Positions 63,657 through 64,000 of a stretch of DNA of 64,000 bases are shown here, piece after piece. Location: assembly GCA_037446725.1 (NCBI GenBank), contig JBBIIC010000004.1, positions 156,514-220,513 of the forward strand. Reading direction: 5' to 3'. A program made the position numbers and the translations under genes. Source of the DNA: Actinomycetota bacterium (GTDB lineage: Bacteria; Actinomycetota; Coriobacteriia; Anaerosomatales; SLCP01). The notes beneath the pieces are model-generated. The model was given only the letters and a program-made list of their open reading frames with translations. It was not told the DNA's origin and searched no databases. Numbering within the stretch: the first letter of the stretch is position 1; the number at the start of each line of letters is the position of its first letter.

Positions 63657-64000
63657 TCAGGACTCTTCAGTGTCGTGGAGCGCGTCGAACTCGCCCGTTA
63701 CCAGATACGCGATGCGCTCCCCGATGTCCACGGCGTTGTCGGCGATGCGCTCGAGGTAGCGGCTCGCAAGTACCATCGACGACGCCCACTCGATGTCCTC
63801 CTCGTCCTGCAGCCGCGCCAACTCGCGGAAGAACTGCTTGTAGAGGTGGTCGATCGGCTCGTCGAGGTCCTGCAGCTTGCGCGCGAGGTCGAGATCGTTG
63901 CGCTCGAGCGCCTCACACGTGGCATCGAGCACACGATACACGAGGTTGCCCTGTGCCTGGATTAGGTCGTAGAGCGTCTGCGGTCCGCGACGGTCCGCGG
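63657..64000 (-). CDS. PhoU-domain protein, C-terminal part (5' end beyond the right window edge)
   Basis: The frame stays open to the window edge (..ADRRGPQTLYDLIQAQGNLVYRVLDATCEAL..). DEPIDHLYKQFFREL..ASRYLERIADNAVDIGERIAYLVTG is a PhoU repeat. Confidence 0.75.
   Translation of the reverse strand, partial: ADRRGPQTLYDLIQAQGNLVYRVLDATCEALERNDLDLARKLQDLDEPIDHLYKQFFRELARLQDEEDIEWASSMVLASRYLERIADNAVDIGERIAYLVTGEFDALHDTEES

Overview
Very GC-rich bacterial chromosomal segment. About 60 of 66 genes are on the minus strand. Gene content looks Actinomycetota-like: mIHF, DivIVA/Wag31-SepF, DUF881-DUF1290-DUF881, an FHA-MerR pair beside the glycine cleavage genes, and a CDP-alcohol-type phospholipid synthase. 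The metabolism looks anaerobe-type: IorA, KorAB, class 1B dihydroorotate dehydrogenase PyrK/PyrD, reverse rubrerythrin. No phylogenetic or database check was possible. Order from left to right: (1) partial iorA. (2) A divergent pair of coiled-coil peptidoglycan hydrolases. (3) apt-hpt, a nuclease-fold orphan, MerR, FHA and two small proteins, one of them RsiG-like. (4) The glycine cleavage operon gcvT-H-PA-PB plus a lipoate ligase. (5) A D-Ala-D-Ala carboxypeptidase, ACT protein, paaK, VanW/G5 protein, and the DUF881 trio. (6) A fused sugar-1-P nucleotidyltransferase/PMM-like gene, a pgsA-family gene and corA. (7) tRNA-Pro(GGG), a DUF190 gene and coaBC. (8) korAB on the plus strand. (9) Two tandem membrane GGDEF/HD-GYP genes, both frame-disrupted. 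(10) An alpha-oxoamine synthase and a NapH-like 4Fe-4S protein. (11) DJ-1 and reverse rubrerythrin on the plus strand. (12) A tightly coupled run rpoZ-thiI-GTDC1-like glycosyltransferase-PLDc_N-ABC exporter. (13) gmk and mihF. (14) A complete pyrimidine operon pyrR-B-C-carA-carB-pyrK-D-F-E with a PyrR attenuator and two inserted genes, a tandem USP and an unknown membrane-anchored protein. (15) rluD-lspA-dksA-like and ileS with a T-box leader. (16) The division-cluster tail DUF167-divIVA-yggT-proC-sepF-yggS and a partial phoU-like gene. No CRISPR array, transposase, integrase or recognisable defence system was seen. The most interesting items are: the bacterial GTDC1 (Q-tRNA mannosyltransferase)-type glycosyltransferase translationally coupled to thiI; the frame-disrupted GGDEF/HD-GYP paralog pair; a single-motif RsiG-like candidate c-di-GMP binding protein; and the unknown genes embedded in the pyr operon. 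All calls come from reading translations and motifs by eye, with no database search.
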